A DNA stretch of 25,532 nucleotides from a virus (taxonomy: Duplodnaviria; Caudoviricetes), in the IMG/VR virus record IMGVR_UViG_3300032233_000812, positions 1 to 25,532 of that record. The stretch is one strand, 5' to 3'. The position numbers and the translations under genes were made by a program. Position 1 is the stretch's first letter. The number at the start of each line of letters is the position of its first letter. Positions 23,641-25,532 of the stretch are shown piece by piece. The notes beneath the pieces are model-generated. The model worked only from the letters and a program-made list of their open reading frames with translations. It did not search any database and had not been told where the DNA came from.

Positions 23641-25481
23641 TACTTCTTCCCCTTCTTGGCGAGCGCCACCTTGTAGGCCGCTTCCAGTTCCGGCGGCGGG
23701 ACCGCGAAGTCGTTGTGGGCGTTCGCAGCCTTCCACGCCTCGTACTGGCCGATGGCGTCATGGCGGCGGCGGACCTTGGGAGCCTCTGCGGCCACGCTCG
23801 CGTGACAGGCGTAGAACAGGCCGAAGGTCGGCACGCTGTCGGGCTGCTTTGTCAACATCTGCGAGAAGTCGGAAGCGAAGTGCCGCACGAAGGTCTGGAC
23901 GAGGTCGGTCACAACCTCCTCGGCCCCGTAGGCGTCGATGAGGTCGGAGGCGAGCTTGCCCTCCTTGCGTGCCATCACACCCTTCGGTCCCCGCTTGAAC
24001 CACGTTGCCTGTGGGATGTCTGGGAAGGCGGTTGACATTTCCTCCCGCCACACCTGTTCCAGCCGCATGGCAGCGGACTTCTGCTGCCGGTAGCTTTGGG
24101 TGCTGGCGAGGTTGTCAACCTTGCGCTCCTTGGCCCTCTGGCGCTCCATCCTGCGCTCGTTTTTCTGGGCCAAAGCCTCACGGCTGCGAGCCTGTGCGTC
24201 CTCGACCACGGACTTGAGGGAGGAGACCGCCTCCCGCGAATCGCCGGAAACGGCCCTAGGAGACGAGATCTCACCCTCGGACGGGTCTTGAGCCGTCCGA
24301 GAGGGGTTGAAGCGATACACGGGCACGGGAGCGGCCTCCTTTTGCGTTCCTGCCGAAGACGTAACCCGCACCTTGGCGGGAGTCACACCCTCGACGCCGA
24401 AGGGGAAGGGGGCGGGCGGAACTGGGGTTAGGGTTTGTGCAGGGGGGTTGCTCGCCCCGTGGGGGGTCTCTTGCCTGTGAGCGGCAAGCCCAGAGGGAGG
24501 ACCGTGCGAGCGTAGCGAGCGCGGGTCTCCCGCCGTGGCTTGCACGACCGAAGCGGAGTGAAGGGAGGACTCTGAGTACGAAGTACGAAGAGTTCTCCCG
24601 AACGTAGTGAGGGAGTGTCTATGTATACTATCTATGTAGACGGGCTGTTTCGGAGGAAAGTCCAAGGATTCCGCAGGCTTATTTACTCTTACTTCGGGAT
24701 ACTGGTGTGACATACGATCACACCCCCTGTGATCTAGGATCACACCCCCTCCCCCCTCGGAGGGTGTCGTAACCCCTTGATTTTCCTCGACCCAGTTTTC
24801 CGGTTTTTTGGGTGTGACTGGGGGAGGTGTGCTCCCACGATCACACCCCCCTGCGACAGGATCACACCCCCCTGCGAGGGCTTGTTCTGGCGCGAAGTGG
24901 AGGGTGTGCGCGGCTGCGGTCGGGGCAGGGTGTGAGCGTCCGATCACACCCCCCTTGAGGGAGGTGAGGTGGGCAGTCACAAGCTGCACTTGGAGGTGTG
25001 AGGGGAGGTGCCGGTAGGCGGTCTTGTGCTGGGCACGGGCCTTGGCGTCGAGCGCGGAGTACCAGCCCCCCATCACAGCGTCGGCGTAGGGAGCCTCGCT
25101 GCCGCCGAAGGTGTCACCGGCCTTGAGTCCCAGCCGGTAGACCTTGGGGGTTCCAGGTCGGGAGGATTCGTCCACGATGATCCAGCCCATCCGCTCCAGC
25201 TTGCGGAGGCTGCGGTTCACCGTCTCACGGGCGAGGTGCGTCACACCCCCGATCTGGGTCTGGGTAGGCGCAGCCGCTAGGAAGCCCTTGGAGGACAACC
25301 GCGTCAACGCTTCGGGACCGTAGTCCTCCTGCCGCCAGACAAAGCTCCGCAGCGCATCGTAGACCGCCAATAGAGGCAGCCCGAGCACCGCAGGGAGGTA
25401 GAGCCTGTACCGGAGGTGGAGGACTTGGTCGAACCCTGTCGGGACGATGGTGGGAGCAGCCGCCTTCGTCGGGGTCGCCAT
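23640..25481 (-). CDS. Replication initiator (lambda O/DnaD-like organisation) with N-terminal HTH
   Basis: PTQTQIGGVTHLARETVNRSLRKLERMGWI HTH; internal iteron array; lies directly upstream of loader and helicase. Confidence 0.75.
   Translation of the reverse strand: MATPTKAAAPTIVPTGFDQVLHLRYRLYLPAVLGLPLLAVYDALRSFVWRQEDYGPEALTRLSSKGFLAAAPTQTQIGGVTHLARETVNRSLRKLERMGWIIVDESSRPGTPKVYRLGLKAGDTFGGSEAPYADAVMGGWYSALDAKARAQHKTAYRHLPSHLQVQLVTAHLTSLKGGVIGRSHPAPTAAAHTLHFAPEQALAGGCDPVAGGCDRGSTPPPVTPKKPENWVEENQGVTTPSEGGGGVILDHRGCDRMSHQYPEVRVNKPAESLDFPPKQPVYIDSIHRHSLTTFGRTLRTSYSESSLHSASVVQATAGDPRSLRSHGPPSGLAAHRQETPHGASNPPAQTLTPVPPAPFPFGVEGVTPAKVRVTSSAGTQKEAAPVPVYRFNPSRTAQDPSEGEISSPRAVSGDSREAVSSLKSVVEDAQARSREALAQKNERRMERQRAKERKVDNLASTQSYRQQKSAAMRLEQVWREEMSTAFPDIPQATWFKRGPKGVMARKEGKLASDLIDAYGAEEVVTDLVQTFVRHFASDFSQMLTKQPDSVPTFGLFYACHASVAAEAPKVRRRHDAIGQYEAWKAANAHNDFAVPPPELEAAYKVALAKKGKK
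24704..24954. repeat. Iteron array GATCACACCCCC (putative replication origin)
   Basis: Direct copies at 24716, 24738, 24839, 24860, 24942; inverted partial copies (GGTGTGA/TGTGATC) near 24704, 24728, 24811, 24929; AT-rich patches at about 24619-24640 and 24679-24694. Confidence 0.8.
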
Positions 25482-25532
25482 GCAAGCCTCGCAAACGCGA
25501 GTCGCCGGACCCGCTTTCTAGTGCTACCGCAA

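Noticed and set aside
24769-24794. Lone GTAAC half-sites (also at 1046, 1743, 2955)
   Set aside because: No GTTAC-like partner at 16-nt spacing
24704-24954. Repeats as a CRISPR array
   Set aside because: Units are only 12-21 bp, irregularly spaced, in both orientations and inside a CDS; iterons fit better

Overview
GC-rich (roughly 65%), densely packed window with every credible gene on the minus strand. It reads as the DNA replication/recombination region of a large bacteriophage or prophage-like element. In transcription order (right to left): lambda-O-like initiator containing an iteron origin, DnaC/IstB-like loader, DnaB-like helicase, hypothetical, primase, gp32-like SSB, SF2 helicase, RecA, Hjc-like resolvase, Cas4-like exonuclease, RuvC, bacterial-type SSB, ParB-like protein, a three-gene island (helical protein; 1666-aa protein with two HipA/PI3K-like kinase domains and a possible ADP-ribosyltransferase domain; zeta-toxin-like kinase), and a family A DNA polymerase. 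Highlights: (1) the polA intein carries its HNH endonuclease as a separate gene in the +1 frame with its own Shine-Dalgarno site, while the intein frame stays open; (2) a GTAAC-N16-GTTAC element recurs five times at gene junctions upstream of replication genes, and in four cases contains the upstream gene's stop codon; (3) the kinase/ART/zeta effector island; (4) a GATCACACCCCC iteron origin inside the initiator gene. All product calls come from motif recognition by eye; no database search was run.
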